Counted from the first letter of the whole stretch, positions 10,294 through 20,087 are shown. The stretch is 60,607 bases of DNA, filler included, from 6 parts of 6 records of this genome joined end to end with filler, not necessarily neighbours in it; one strand, 5' to 3'. Numbers and translations: made by a program. The notes: a model not told the origin generated them from the letters alone.

Positions 10294-10310
10294 ATAAACG
10301 GGAGAGAACC

Positions 10311-11474
10311 ATGTTCAACGCCAGTATGCAGTTTGATCTGGGTGAAGATGTTGGCGCATTGCGCGAGATGGTACATCGCTGGGCGCAGGAGCGGGTCAAG
10401 CCGATGGCGGCGGATATTGATACCAACAATGAGTTCCCGGCCGAGCTTTGGACCGAAATGGGCGAGCTGGGCCTGCTTGGCATGACCGTTGACGAGGAAT
10501 TTGGCGGCACCGGCATGGGCTATGTGGCGCATACGGTCGCGGTTGAGGAAATCGCCCGCGCCTCGGCCTCGGTTTCGCTGTCCTATGGGGCGCATTCGAA
10601 CCTGTGTTTGAACCAGATCAAGCTGAACGGCACGCAGGAGCAGAAAGAGAAATACCTGCCCAAGCTGTGTTCCGGCGAACATGTCGGCGCGTTGGCGATG
10701 TCTGAACCCTCCGCAGGCAGTGACGTGGTCAGCATGAAGCTGCGCGCCGAAAAGCGGAACGATCATTACCGCCTGTCGGGCAACAAATACTGGATCACCA
10801 ACGGCCCGGATGCGGAAACGCTGGTGGTTTACGCCAAAACGGACCCCGATGCCGGCTCCAAGGGGATCACCGCATTCCTGATTGAAAAGTCGATGAAGGG
10901 TTTCACCACCAGCCCGCATTTTGACAAGCTGGGGATGCGCGGGTCCAACACGGCAGAGCTGATCTTTGACGACGTCGAAGTGCCGTTTGAGAACGTGCTG
11001 GGCGAAGAGGGCAAAGGCGTGCGCGTTCTGATGTCCGGTCTGGATTACGAACGTGTGGTGCTGGCCGGTATCGGTCTTGGCATCATGGCGGCCTGTCTGG
11101 ACGAGATCATGCCTTACATGGCCGAGCGCAAGCAATTCGGCCAGCCGATTGGCAACTTCCAGCTGATGCAGGGCAAGATGGCGGATATGTACACCGCAAT
11201 GAATTCGGCGCGTGCCTATGTCTATTCGGTGGCGCAGGCCTGTGATCGTGGCACAGTGACCCGTCAGGATGCGGCGGCTTGCTGTCTTTATGCGTCCGAG
11301 CAGGCGATGGTGCAGGCGCATCAGGCCGTGCAGGCCATGGGCGGCGCGGGCTATTTGTCGGACAACCCGGTGGGCCGGATTTTCCGCGATGCCAAACTGA
11401 TGGAAATCGGCGCGGGTACTTCGGAAATCCGCCGGATGCTGGTGGGCCGCGAGATGATGGCCTCAATGGGTTGA
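10311..11474 (+). CDS. ivd: Isovaleryl-CoA dehydrogenase
   Basis: [36 protein letters not shown] and [17 protein letters not shown]. Confidence 0.95.
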   Translation: MFNASMQFDLGEDVGALREMVHRWAQERVKPMAADIDTNNEFPAELWTEMGELGLLGMTVDEEFGGTGMGYVAHTVAVEEIARASASVSLSYGAHSNLCLNQIKLNGTQEQKEKYLPKLCSGEHVGALAMSEPSAGSDVVSMKLRAEKRNDHYRLSGNKYWITNGPDAETLVVYAKTDPDAGSKGITAFLIEKSMKGFTTSPHFDKLGMRGSNTAELIFDDVEVPFENVLGEEGKGVRVLMSGLDYERVVLAGIGLGIMAACLDEIMPYMAERKQFGQPIGNFQLMQGKMADMYTAMNSARAYVYSVAQACDRGTVTRQDAAACCLYASEQAMVQAHQAVQAMGGAGYLSDNPVGRIFRDAKLMEIGAGTSEIRRMLVGREMMASMG

Positions 11475-11478
11475 GTCA

Positions 11479-11826
11479 ATGCCGCGCTGGCTTTGGTGGG
11501 CGCCCTTGGCGGCGCTGACCTGTCTAGGTGCGGCAATGGTATTCCGGCTGGGCTGGATCGCGGCCACGCTGGAGCAAAGCGACGTGATCGCGCGGTATGC
11601 CGCGCTTTATCTGCAAGAGGCCGGGACAGGGGCCAAACCAACCGATTGCGCGGCATATCCCGCGCCGGATTGGCCCGGAATTTGGATCGTTGTGCGGTGT
11701 AGACCGATGGGGGAAACTGGCGTGTCGGAGGGTGTGTACTACGTAAACAGGTTCGGCGGCCGCGTTGCGGCACCCTTGCCAGTGGCGGGGGCATCGCCCT
11801 TTCCAGAACTGGAGCCTGACACATGA
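11479..11826 (+). CDS. Small membrane-anchored hypothetical protein
   Basis: N-terminal hydrophobic helix and DCAAYP...WIVVRC. Tightly packed between ivd and the flavodoxin gene. Confidence 0.65.
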   Translation: MPRWLWWAPLAALTCLGAAMVFRLGWIAATLEQSDVIARYAALYLQEAGTGAKPTDCAAYPAPDWPGIWIVVRCRPMGETGVSEGVYYVNRFGGRVAAPLPVAGASPFPELEPDT

Positions 11827-12536
11827 CCTCCCCCCTCAAAGCCCTGTTTATCAACACGTCGCTCAAGAAAGAGCCGTCTGAAAGCCATACCAAGCTTTTG
11901 ATGAATGCCAGCGCCGCCATCATGGAGGGCGAGGGCATCGAGGTCGAACATTTGCATTTGCTCAGTTATCAGGTGCCGCCCGGTGTCTATCCTGACATGA
12001 CCGAACACGGCTGGGCGCAGGACGACTGGCCCAAGCTGTGGGAAAAGGTGCTGGCTGCCGATATCCTGATCATCGGCACGCCCTTGTGGCTGGGCGAGGA
12101 ATCTTCGGTCTGCCGCATCCTGATTGAACGGCTTTACGCGATGAGCGGGGAGCTGAACAACAAGGGGCAATCGGTGTTCTATGGCAAGGTTGCCGCCTGT
12201 GTGATCACCGGCAATGAGGATGGCATCAAACACACCGCCATGACCCTTGGCTTTGCGATGAACCACTTGGGCTATACCATCCCGCCGCAGGCCGATTGCG
12301 GCTGGATCGGCGAGGCGGGGCCGGGGCCGTCTTATGGCGATGCGCTGGAGGATGGCAGCCGCGCTGGTCTGGACAATGAATTTACCCAGCGCAACACCAC
12401 AATCATGACCTGGAACGCCATGCATCTGGCGCGAATGCTGAATGCGGCAGGCGGCTATCCCAATCAGGGCAACGATCGCAAGGCCTGGGATGCAGGCGCC
12501 CGCTTTGGCTATGAAAACCCGGAATATCGCAGCTGA
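11823..12536 (+). CDS. Flavodoxin family protein (NADPH-dependent FMN reductase-like)
   Basis: INTSLKK..SHT, ADILIIGTPLWLGEESS and ITGNEDGIKH. Confidence 0.85.
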   Translation: MTSPLKALFINTSLKKEPSESHTKLLMNASAAIMEGEGIEVEHLHLLSYQVPPGVYPDMTEHGWAQDDWPKLWEKVLAADILIIGTPLWLGEESSVCRILIERLYAMSGELNNKGQSVFYGKVAACVITGNEDGIKHTAMTLGFAMNHLGYTIPPQADCGWIGEAGPGPSYGDALEDGSRAGLDNEFTQRNTTIMTWNAMHLARMLNAAGGYPNQGNDRKAWDAGARFGYENPEYRS

Positions 12537-13042
12537 TGAACTTGCCTGGCCTGCATAATGATCACAGTTGGGACATTCCCGCGCGGCTGAACATGGCCGC
12601 GCAATGCCTGTCGCAGCCGGACGGGTCCACGGCAATCATTGATCTGACCGGTCCGCAGCGGCGCGATGTCAGCTTTGGCCAGTTGCATAGCATGGCCGAT
12701 GATCTGGCCCGCGCCTTGTTGCAAAGGGTGCAGGCCGGCGACCGTGTGGGCGTGTTGCTCAGCCAAAGCCCGTGGTGCGCGGCGGCACATCTGGCGATCT
12801 GGAAAATAGGTGCGATTTCAGTGCCTTTGTTCAAACTTTTCAAGCATGATGCCCTGGCCAGCCGGGTCGGGGATGCAGGCTGTGCCATTGTGTTGACGGA
12901 CGATGAAGGGGCGGCACTGCTGGGCGATCTGGCAGAAGCGTGGATTGCTGAAAGCGCTGGCCTTGCCGGTGACCCCGTAGGTTTTTCCGACACGGCCGCG
13001 GATGATCCTGCCGTGCTGATTTACACCTCCGGCACCACCGGC
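12536..13042 (+). CDS. AMP-binding acyl-CoA synthetase, 5' fragment
   Basis: GDRVGVLLSQ and LIYTSGTTG AMP-binding motif. Cut by the spacer. Confidence 0.88.
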
Positions 13043-13142
13043 NNNNNNNNNNNNNNNNNNNNNNNNNNNNNNNNNNNNNNNNNNNNTTAATTAATTAANN
13101 NNNNNNNNNNNNNNNNNNNNNNNNNNNNNNNNNNNNNNNNNN
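13043..13142. other. Artificial contig spacer
   Basis: N44-TTAATTAATTAA-N44. Confidence 0.97.
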
Positions 13143-13881
13143 CATCAACCGCGTGCGCAAGGTGATGGCGCCCCGCAATGGCTTTGCCGATTGGGAAGTC
13201 ACGCAACTGCTGGCCAATGCCATGGGCGCGGGCTGGCACTACACCCACCCGGCGCAGATCATGGAAGAGATCGCGGCGACCACGCCCTCTTTCGCCAATG
13301 TGACCTACGATCTGCTGGAGGAAAAAGGCTCGATCCAGTGGCCCTGCAACGACGCGAACCCTGATGGCACGCCGCTTATGCATGTTGACGGCTTCGTGCG
13401 CGGCAAGGGGCGGTTCATTGTCACCGAATATGTGGCGACCGACGAAAAGACCGGCCCGCGCTTCCCGCTTCTGCTGACCACCGGGCGCATCCTGTCCCAG
13501 TACAATGTGGGCGCGCAGACCCGGCGGACCGACAATGTCGTGTGGCATGAAGAAGACGTGCTGGAGGTTCACCCCCATGACGCGGAAAACCGCGGCCTGA
13601 AGGATGGTGATTGGGTGCGGCTGGCCTCGCGGTCGGGTGAAACCACGCTGCGCGCGAAGATCACCGACCGGGTCAGCCCCGGCGTGGTCTACACCACCTT
13701 CCACCATCCCGACACGCAGGCCAACGTCATCACCACCGATTTCTCGGACTGGGCCACCAACTGCCCGGAATACAAGGTGACGGCGGTGCAGATCGCGCCT
13801 TCGAACGGGCCGTCGGAATGGCAGGAGGACTACAACGCGCAGGCGGCTCAATCCCGCCGTATCCTGCCAGCGGCGGAGTAA
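13143..13881 (+). CDS. fdsA: NAD-dependent formate dehydrogenase alpha subunit, 3' fragment
   Basis: PLLLTTGRILSQYNVGAQTRR and SDWATNCPEYKVTAVQ (molybdopterin dinucleotide-binding domain). Followed by fdhD and fdsD. Confidence 0.92.
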
Positions 13882-13886
13882 AGCCG

Positions 13887-14705
13887 GTGGCCTTGCCCCT
13901 GTCACGATCCTTGGCGGGCCTTTCGGTCCAGGCAGACGGCCAACTGGCCGTCCGCCGCAACCTGCCCGAAGAGGTGCCGGTTGCGATGGTCTATGATGGC
14001 TCCACCCAGGCGGTGATGATGGCAACACCTGGCGACATCGCCGATTTCGCCCATGGCTTTTCGCTGACGGAAGGCTTTGTCACCCGGCTTGACCAGATTG
14101 AAAGCTTCGAAGTGGTCGAACATGAGGCCGGGATCGAAGCGCGCTTCTGGCTGGTGGGTGACCGCTCACAGGCGCTGGAAACGCGGCGTCGCCGGATGAT
14201 GGGGCCCGTGGGCTGTGGCCTGTGCGGCATCGACAGCCTGGAGGAAGCGACCCGCGCGCTGCCGGTGGTGCAATCGGATCTCCGGTTTAACGCCGGGGAA
14301 GTTGCGGGTGCAACCGACGCGCTGCGCGGCCTTCAGCCCTTGCATGACCAGACCCATGCCGTTCACGCGGCGGGGTTCCTGATGCCTGGGCAGGGGATTG
14401 TTCTGGCCCGCGAGGATGTGGGCCGGCACAACGCGCTCGACAAACTCATCGGCGCGCTTGCCTTGCAAGGTATCGACCCCGCAGCCGGGGCTTTTGTTCT
14501 GACCAGCCGCATTTCGGTCGAACTGGTGCAGAAGGCCGCCATGGCCGGTTGCCCCATGCTGATCGCCGTCTCTGCCCCCACGGCCCATGCCCTGACGCTT
14601 GCCGACGCCGCTGGCATTACCGTTGCCGCCTTCGTCCGTGGCGGCGGCTTTGATCTCTATTCCCATCCGCACCGCATCATCCCCGAGGCCCACGATGTCC
14701 CCTGA
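13887..14705 (+). CDS. fdhD: Formate dehydrogenase accessory sulfurtransferase
   Basis: EEVPVA, GCGLCG, EDVGRHNALDKL and SAPT. GTG start at 13887 after GGAG. Confidence 0.94.
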   Translation: MALPLSRSLAGLSVQADGQLAVRRNLPEEVPVAMVYDGSTQAVMMATPGDIADFAHGFSLTEGFVTRLDQIESFEVVEHEAGIEARFWLVGDRSQALETRRRRMMGPVGCGLCGIDSLEEATRALPVVQSDLRFNAGEVAGATDALRGLQPLHDQTHAVHAAGFLMPGQGIVLAREDVGRHNALDKLIGALALQGIDPAAGAFVLTSRISVELVQKAAMAGCPMLIAVSAPTAHALTLADAAGITVAAFVRGGGFDLYSHPHRIIPEAHDVP

Positions 14706-14898
14706 AAAAATGGTCACAATGGCCAACCAGATCGCCACGTTCTTCAAGACCCAACCGGGCACCGATCAGGCCGACCGGATTGCCGCGCATCTTAGCGATT
14801 TCTGGGATCCCCGCATGCGGTCGCAGCTTCAATCCTATGTGTCCGAAGGCGGCAAGGGGCTGGATGCTCTGGTGTTGGACGCCGCGCGCAAGATCTGA
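14695..14898 (+). CDS. fdsD: Formate dehydrogenase delta subunit
   Basis: MSPEKMVTMANQIATFF...HLSDFWDPRMR. Confidence 0.92.
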   Translation: MSPEKMVTMANQIATFFKTQPGTDQADRIAAHLSDFWDPRMRSQLQSYVSEGGKGLDALVLDAARKI

Positions 14899-15044
14899 CA
14901 TTTTCGACGCCTATCGGCATCATTTTATCCCGCAAGGGCAGGGGTTTAACCCCCTGCGGCCTTGCAATGGCTTGAAGCTGCCCACACGTCATGACAGAAG
15001 GCGCCACCCGATCCGTGCAGGGGGTCGTCACCCGGAGGGCTGAG

Positions 15045-16097
15045 ATGCTCGATATCACTGCCATGCGCGAAAGCCTGTCAGAGGCCTATGACCTCGCGCC
15101 CAATGCAGACCTGGCCGAGGAACTGGCCCCGATTTACGCCAGAATGGACCGCGTGGTTACGCCCGTGGACTGGGTGCGTCACGCGCCCTATGTGGCCGCA
15201 ATCAACCGGCTGAAGAGGGAACGGAACGCGGTCATTCTGGCGCATAACTACATGACGCCCGACATCTACCACGGCATTTCCGATTTCGTCGGTGACAGCC
15301 TGCAACTGGCGATCGAGGCGACCCGCACCGATGCCGAGGTGATCGTGCAATGCGGTGTGCATTTCATGGCTGAAACGTCGAAGATCCTCAGCCCTGAAAA
15401 GCGCGTACTGATGCCGGATATGGAGGCAGGATGCTCGCTGGCGGAATCGATCACCGCCGCCGGTATCGCGGAAATGCGCGCCAAGTATCCCGGCGCGCCG
15501 GTCGTGTCCTATGTGAACACGACGGCCGAGGTGAAAGCCGCCTCTGACATCTGCTGCACGTCCTCGAACGCCGCCCAGATCGTGGCCGCGATGGACAGCG
15601 ACACGGTGATCATGACGCCCGACCAGTATCTGGCCCAGAACGTCGCCCGCGATGTGCCGCAAAAGAACGTGGTCTGGTGGGAAGGCTCGTGCATCGTCCA
15701 CGAACAGTTCACCGCCGAGGACATCATGGATTTCCGTGAATGGAACCCCGGCACCCGGATCATTGCGCATCCCGAATGCCCGCCCTCTGTGGTGGATGTG
15801 TCCGATTTCTCGGGGTCGACCAAGGGCATCATCGACTACGTGTCGCGTGAAAAGCCCAAGAACGCGATGCTGCTGACGGAATGCTCGATGGCGTCCAACA
15901 TCGCCGACGCGCTGCCAGAGGTGGAATTCGTCGGCCCCTGCAACATGTGCCCCTACATGAAAAAGATCACTCTGGAAAAGGTGCTCTGGTCGCTGCACAC
16001 CATGTCGCCCGAGGTGCATGTGGATGAGGAAATCGCCGTGAAGGCACGCCTTGCAGTGCAGCGGATGATCGACCTCAGCCGACAGTTGGGGATCTGA
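15045..16097 (+). CDS. nadA: Quinolinate synthase
   Basis: ILAHNY, CGVHFMAE, AGCSLA, YVNT, HPEC and CPYMK. GGAGG RBS before ATG 15045. Confidence 0.97.
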   Translation: MLDITAMRESLSEAYDLAPNADLAEELAPIYARMDRVVTPVDWVRHAPYVAAINRLKRERNAVILAHNYMTPDIYHGISDFVGDSLQLAIEATRTDAEVIVQCGVHFMAETSKILSPEKRVLMPDMEAGCSLAESITAAGIAEMRAKYPGAPVVSYVNTTAEVKAASDICCTSSNAAQIVAAMDSDTVIMTPDQYLAQNVARDVPQKNVVWWEGSCIVHEQFTAEDIMDFREWNPGTRIIAHPECPPSVVDVSDFSGSTKGIIDYVSREKPKNAMLLTECSMASNIADALPEVEFVGPCNMCPYMKKITLEKVLWSLHTMSPEVHVDEEIAVKARLAVQRMIDLSRQLGI

Positions 16098-16101
16098 CAC
16101 G

Positions 16102-17658
16102 GTGATCCGCACCGAGCGTATCGTGATCGTCGGCGCGGGCCTTGGCGCGCTTTATGCGGCGCTGGAACTGGCCCCGCGCCCGGTCCTGATGATCTCGCCC
16201 GAGGCGCTTGGCGATGGCGCGTCCAGCGCTTGGGCGCAAGGTGGCGTTGCTGCCGCAATGGCCGCCAGCGACAGCCCCGAGGCCCATGCCGCCGATACGG
16301 TGAAGGCCGGGGCAGGGACCGTGGACGCAGAGGTCGCCGCCATGGTGACCCGCGTGGCGCGGGACCATATCCTTGACCTGACCGCGCTTGGCACCCCCTT
16401 CGACCGCTCTGCCGATGGCGGCTATGTCATGAGCCGCGAGGCCGCCCATTCCGCGCCCCGTGTGGTGCGGGTGCAGGGCGATCAGGCGGGGAAGCAGATC
16501 ATGGAGACGCTGATTGCCGCATTGCGCGCAACGCCATCGGCGCAGGTGATCGAAGGCGCGCTTGCCACGCGGCTGGAAACCGAAGGTGACAGGGTGACGG
16601 GCGTCTGGATCAACTCAGCGGGCGATCCGTCGGGCGAGATCTTGGTATCCGCGCCCGCCGTATTGCTGGCTGGCGGAGGCTCGGGCGGGCTTTACGCCCA
16701 CACCACCAACCCACCGCGCATTCGCGGGCAGGTGATCGGCATGGCCGCGCGCGCCGGTGCGCTGATGGCTGACCCCGAGTTCGTGCAGTTCCACCCCACC
16801 GGTTTCGACATTGGCGAAGACCCCGCACCGCTCGCGACCGAGGCCCTGCGCGGCGAAGGCGCGACGCTGATCAACCGCCACGGGGATCGCTTCATGCTGG
16901 ATGTCCATCCCGACGCCGAACTGGCCCCCCGCGATATCGTCGCCCGCGCGATCTTTGCCGAAACGCAGGCCGGAAACCGCCCGATGCTGGACACCCGCGC
17001 GGCCCTCGGGGCCGAGGTGCTGACCATGTTCCCATCGGTCGCCGAAACCTGCGCGCGCGCCGGAATAGATCCGGTCGCAGACCCGATCCCGGTGGCCGTC
17101 GCCGCCCATTACCACATGGGCGGTATCGCGGCGGACCCTGCGGGCCGGACCAGCCTTGCGGGGCTCTGGGTCTGTGGCGAGGCGTCTTCAACGGGCTTGC
17201 ATGGCGCCAACCGCCTGGCCTCCAACGGGTTGCTGGAGGCACTGGTCTATGCCCGCAACGCAGCCGCCGATATTGCTGACAGCGTAGCACTGGCAGATGC
17301 CGCGCCTGTCGCTATCCGATTCCCCGACGGGGGCAGCGCCCCGGACCCTGCGGCCGTGGCAGAGTTGCGCCAGACGATGACGGCCCATGTCGGCATGCGC
17401 CGGACGGGTTCAGGTCTGCGCACCGCATTGCGAACCATCGCCCGGTTGGAGGCCGACCACACGGGTGATCCCTCCTTCCTCAACATGACTGCCACCGCCA
17501 CGCTTATCGCGGCGGCCGCGCTGACCCGCGAGGAAAGCCGGGGCGGGCATTGGCGCGATGATTTTCCCACACAGAACCCCGATCTCGCGCATCGCACCCT
17601 GATCACCCTGCCGGACGCCATGGCGATCCGCGATGCCGCCGCAAAGGACACCGAGTAA
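16102..17658 (+). CDS. nadB: L-aspartate oxidase
   Basis: GAGLGAL, SAWAQGG, EFVQFHPT, HYHMGGI and GLHGANRLASNGLLE. Confidence 0.96.
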   Translation: MIRTERIVIVGAGLGALYAALELAPRPVLMISPEALGDGASSAWAQGGVAAAMAASDSPEAHAADTVKAGAGTVDAEVAAMVTRVARDHILDLTALGTPFDRSADGGYVMSREAAHSAPRVVRVQGDQAGKQIMETLIAALRATPSAQVIEGALATRLETEGDRVTGVWINSAGDPSGEILVSAPAVLLAGGGSGGLYAHTTNPPRIRGQVIGMAARAGALMADPEFVQFHPTGFDIGEDPAPLATEALRGEGATLINRHGDRFMLDVHPDAELAPRDIVARAIFAETQAGNRPMLDTRAALGAEVLTMFPSVAETCARAGIDPVADPIPVAVAAHYHMGGIAADPAGRTSLAGLWVCGEASSTGLHGANRLASNGLLEALVYARNAAADIADSVALADAAPVAIRFPDGGSAPDPAAVAELRQTMTAHVGMRRTGSGLRTALRTIARLEADHTGDPSFLNMTATATLIAAAALTREESRGGHWRDDFPTQNPDLAHRTLITLPDAMAIRDAAAKDTE

Positions 17659-18506
17659 TGCAGCATGCCAACCTGCCCGACCTGATCCTGGAGCCGCTGG
17701 TGCGGTCTGCCCTGATGGAAGACCTTGGCACCTATGGCGACGTGACAACCCGCGCCGTGATCCCGGCTGAGGTGACCTATGACGCACGGCTCAATGCCCG
17801 GCAGGCGGGTGTCGTGTCGGGAATGCAGATCGCGCGGCTGGCGTTTCATCTGGTGGACCCGGCGCTGGAGGTGGACACCCTGCGCCCCGACGGCGCGCCA
17901 TGCGCCCCCGGCGATACGCTGATGACGATCCGGGGCAGTGCCGCCTCGATCCTGTCGGGCGAACGCGTGGCGCTGAACTTCGCGGGTCGTTTGTCCGGCA
18001 TCGCAACGATGACATCGCAATTCGTCAAGGAAACTGCGGGAACGGCCACGCGCATCACCTGCACCCGCAAAACCACGCCGGGACTGCGCCTGGTCGAAAA
18101 ACAGGCGGTGCTGCATGGCGGCGGCTTCAACCACCGCTACAGCCTGTCCGATGCCATCCTGATCAAGGACAATCACATCGCCGCAGCAGGCGGCGTTCGC
18201 GCGGTGCTGGAGGCAGCGAAAGCATGTGCCTCACATATGATGCGGATCGAGATCGAAGTCGATACGCTCGACCAGCTGGCCGAAGTGCTGGAGGTTGGTG
18301 GGGCTGACGTGGTGTTGCTGGATAACATGGATACCCCGACGCTGACCAAAGCCGTTTCGATGGTTGCGGGGCGAATGGTGACGGAAGCCTCTGGAAACAT
18401 GGCCCTGCCGCGCATCGCCGAAGTGGCCGCGACGGGCGTGAACTACATCTCGTCGGGGGCTTTGACCCACTCGGCCAGGACACTCGATCTGGGTCTTGAT
18501 TTCTGA
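17658..18506 (+). CDS. nadC: Nicotinate-nucleotide pyrophosphorylase (carboxylating)
   Basis: TRKTTPGLR, LIKDNHI, IEVDTL, LLDNM and SGALTHS. Confidence 0.97.
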   Translation: MQHANLPDLILEPLVRSALMEDLGTYGDVTTRAVIPAEVTYDARLNARQAGVVSGMQIARLAFHLVDPALEVDTLRPDGAPCAPGDTLMTIRGSAASILSGERVALNFAGRLSGIATMTSQFVKETAGTATRITCTRKTTPGLRLVEKQAVLHGGGFNHRYSLSDAILIKDNHIAAAGGVRAVLEAAKACASHMMRIEIEVDTLDQLAEVLEVGGADVVLLDNMDTPTLTKAVSMVAGRMVTEASGNMALPRIAEVAATGVNYISSGALTHSARTLDLGLDF

Positions 18507-18512
18507 ACGCTG

Positions 18513-18605
18513 AAAAAGTTTTGTCCAAAACTTTTCGCGGGTTTCAGAAAAATCTTGAACCAAGATTTTTCCCTGCCCCACAAAAATCTTGTCTCAAGAT
18601 TTTTG
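18513..18605. repeat. Three tandem AT-rich palindromes with a 34-bp period
   Basis: AAAAGTTTTG-TC-CAAAACTTTT (18514-35), GAAAAATCTTG-AAC-CAAGATTTTTC (18547-71) and CAAAAATCTTG-TCT-CAAGATTTTTG (18581-605). Confidence 0.9.
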
Positions 18606-18609
18606 GGCG

Positions 18610-19572
18610 TCAGGGGTCATAGACCAGCCTGAACCCTTGATGCGGCGTCGCTGTATCAGGCGCATTCCCATGGCGGGCGGCGATGCGATAGCGGTAGCAG
18701 TAAGAGATATGGCACAGGAACGATCCGCCTTTCTGTAGCTTGTATCCGTCCTTTCCCCGATGGGCCGCTTGTGTGGACTTTTTCAGCGATTTCACCCGGA
18801 ACGGCTCTGACGTCCACTCCCAGACATTGCCGACCATGTTGTAAAGCCCGTAGCCGTTTGGCTCGAATGACCGGGCAGGGGCGGTGGCGATATAGCCGTC
18901 CGCGCCGGTGTTGCGGTGCGGAAAGCTGCCTTGCCAGATATTGCATGGCAGGACGCGTGTATCATCCGGTTCCTCATCGCCCCAGGGAAAGCGCACATCC
19001 CCAAGCCCGCCGCGCGCGGCGTGTTCCCACTCGGCCTCGGTTGGCAGCCGCCCTCCAGCCCAGGTTGCAAAGGCTATCGCATCGTTCCAGCTGACTTGCA
19101 CGACCGGGTGATCGTCGTGATAGGCCGCAGGCACATCCGGCCCGTGGGGCAGCCGCCAATTTGCCCCGTCCACCATGCGCCACCATTCGGATCCGACCAC
19201 GCCTTGGGTTGGAGGGCTGTCGGGCGGCAGAAAGCTGAAGAACACGAAGGAATTTCCAAATCGTTCGGCTTCGGTGACGTAGCCGGTTTCTGCCACGAAA
19301 CGGGCAAACCGGGCATTGGTGACAGGGGTGGCGTCGATGGCAAAGGGCTTGACCCGCCGGTGTTTCAGCGGGCTTTCACCATCCATCGGCAGGCCGGGGT
19401 GGCCGGTGCCCAACAGAGCGGTGCCGCCGGGGATGCGGATCGCCTCGGCCCTGCCGCAATCGCCAGTGCTTCTTTGCACAGCCTTGGCAGGGGGCGCCTC
19501 CCCCGCGCGGGCCGGGGCGCAGCAGGATTTCGGGGCGTCTTGATCGGTCATCGGGGCACTCGGGGCTGTCAT
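18610..19572 (-). CDS. Formylglycine-generating enzyme (SUMF1 family)
   Basis: HPVVQVSWNDA, RLPTEAEWE, NGYGLYNMVGNVWEW and GGSFLCHISYCYRYR with the catalytic Cys pair. Confidence 0.92.
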   Translation of the reverse strand: MTAPSAPMTDQDAPKSCCAPARAGEAPPAKAVQRSTGDCGRAEAIRIPGGTALLGTGHPGLPMDGESPLKHRRVKPFAIDATPVTNARFARFVAETGYVTEAERFGNSFVFFSFLPPDSPPTQGVVGSEWWRMVDGANWRLPHGPDVPAAYHDDHPVVQVSWNDAIAFATWAGGRLPTEAEWEHAARGGLGDVRFPWGDEEPDDTRVLPCNIWQGSFPHRNTGADGYIATAPARSFEPNGYGLYNMVGNVWEWTSEPFRVKSLKKSTQAAHRGKDGYKLQKGGSFLCHISYCYRYRIAARHGNAPDTATPHQGFRLVYDP

Positions 19573-19619
19573 GCCAAAGTCATGCCGGGAATCATCGGCA
19601 GCGTCCAGCCCAACGGCCC

Positions 19620-20087
19620 CTAGCGTTTGTCGCGCGGGGCCAGTGGGGCGCGGCTTTTGTCATTGCCAGCGTCCGTGGTTTTCTTCAGCAGCGCCAGCAG
19701 CTGCGCAGTCTCGGCCTCGTCCAGCCCTGACAGGATATCGCTTTGCAAGTCGCGCACCACCGGTCGCACCTGCGCCAGCAGGGCTTGCCCGGCACCGGTC
19801 ACGGTCAGAACCCGTGCGCGCCGGTCCGTCGGGCTGACCTCTCGCGCGACGAAGCCCTTCTGTTCCAGCCGGTCAATGACGCCCCCAAGCGTTGTCTGAT
19901 CATAGGCAATCGCGCCCGCCAGTGCCGCTTGCGCGATGCCGGGACGGGCGTCGATGGCCGATAGCGCCGCGAATTGCACCGGCGTCAGTTCCACACCAGC
20001 CGCCGCCATTCGGTCTGCAAAAATCGCCACCGCGATCTGGTTCAGCCTGCGCACCAGATGCCCTGCCATATTGTAAATTTCGACCAT
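19620..20087 (-). CDS. MarR family regulator (gentisate cluster)
   Basis: GHLVRRLNQ, LTPVQFAAL, GGVIDRLEQKG and DRRAR. Divergent from the gentisate dioxygenase. Confidence 0.92.
   Translation of the reverse strand: MVEIYNMAGHLVRRLNQIAVAIFADRMAAAGVELTPVQFAALSAIDARPGIAQAALAGAIAYDQTTLGGVIDRLEQKGFVAREVSPTDRRARVLTVTGAGQALLAQVRPVVRDLQSDILSGLDEAETAQLLALLKKTTDAGNDKSRAPLAPRDKR

Noticed and set aside
13143-13881. Selenocysteine-containing formate dehydrogenase
   Set aside because: Only the C-terminus is present and it has no in-frame TGA. The fdsA-fdhD-fdsD type is Cys-containing.
14925-14990. FMN riboswitch (AGGGCAGGGG resemblance)
   Set aside because: It lacks the conserved ACCGGCGGT, AGCCCG and AGTC.GGATG blocks.
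15019-15110. TPP riboswitch (AGGGGG...GGCTGAGA resembles its 5' half)
   Set aside because: The 3' half (ACCTGA...TAAT...GCG.AGG) is absent, and CTGAGATG runs straight into the nadA start codon.
18513-18605. Mini-CRISPR array
   Set aside because: Linkers are only about 11-12 nt, the repeats vary internally, and no cas genes or leader are present.
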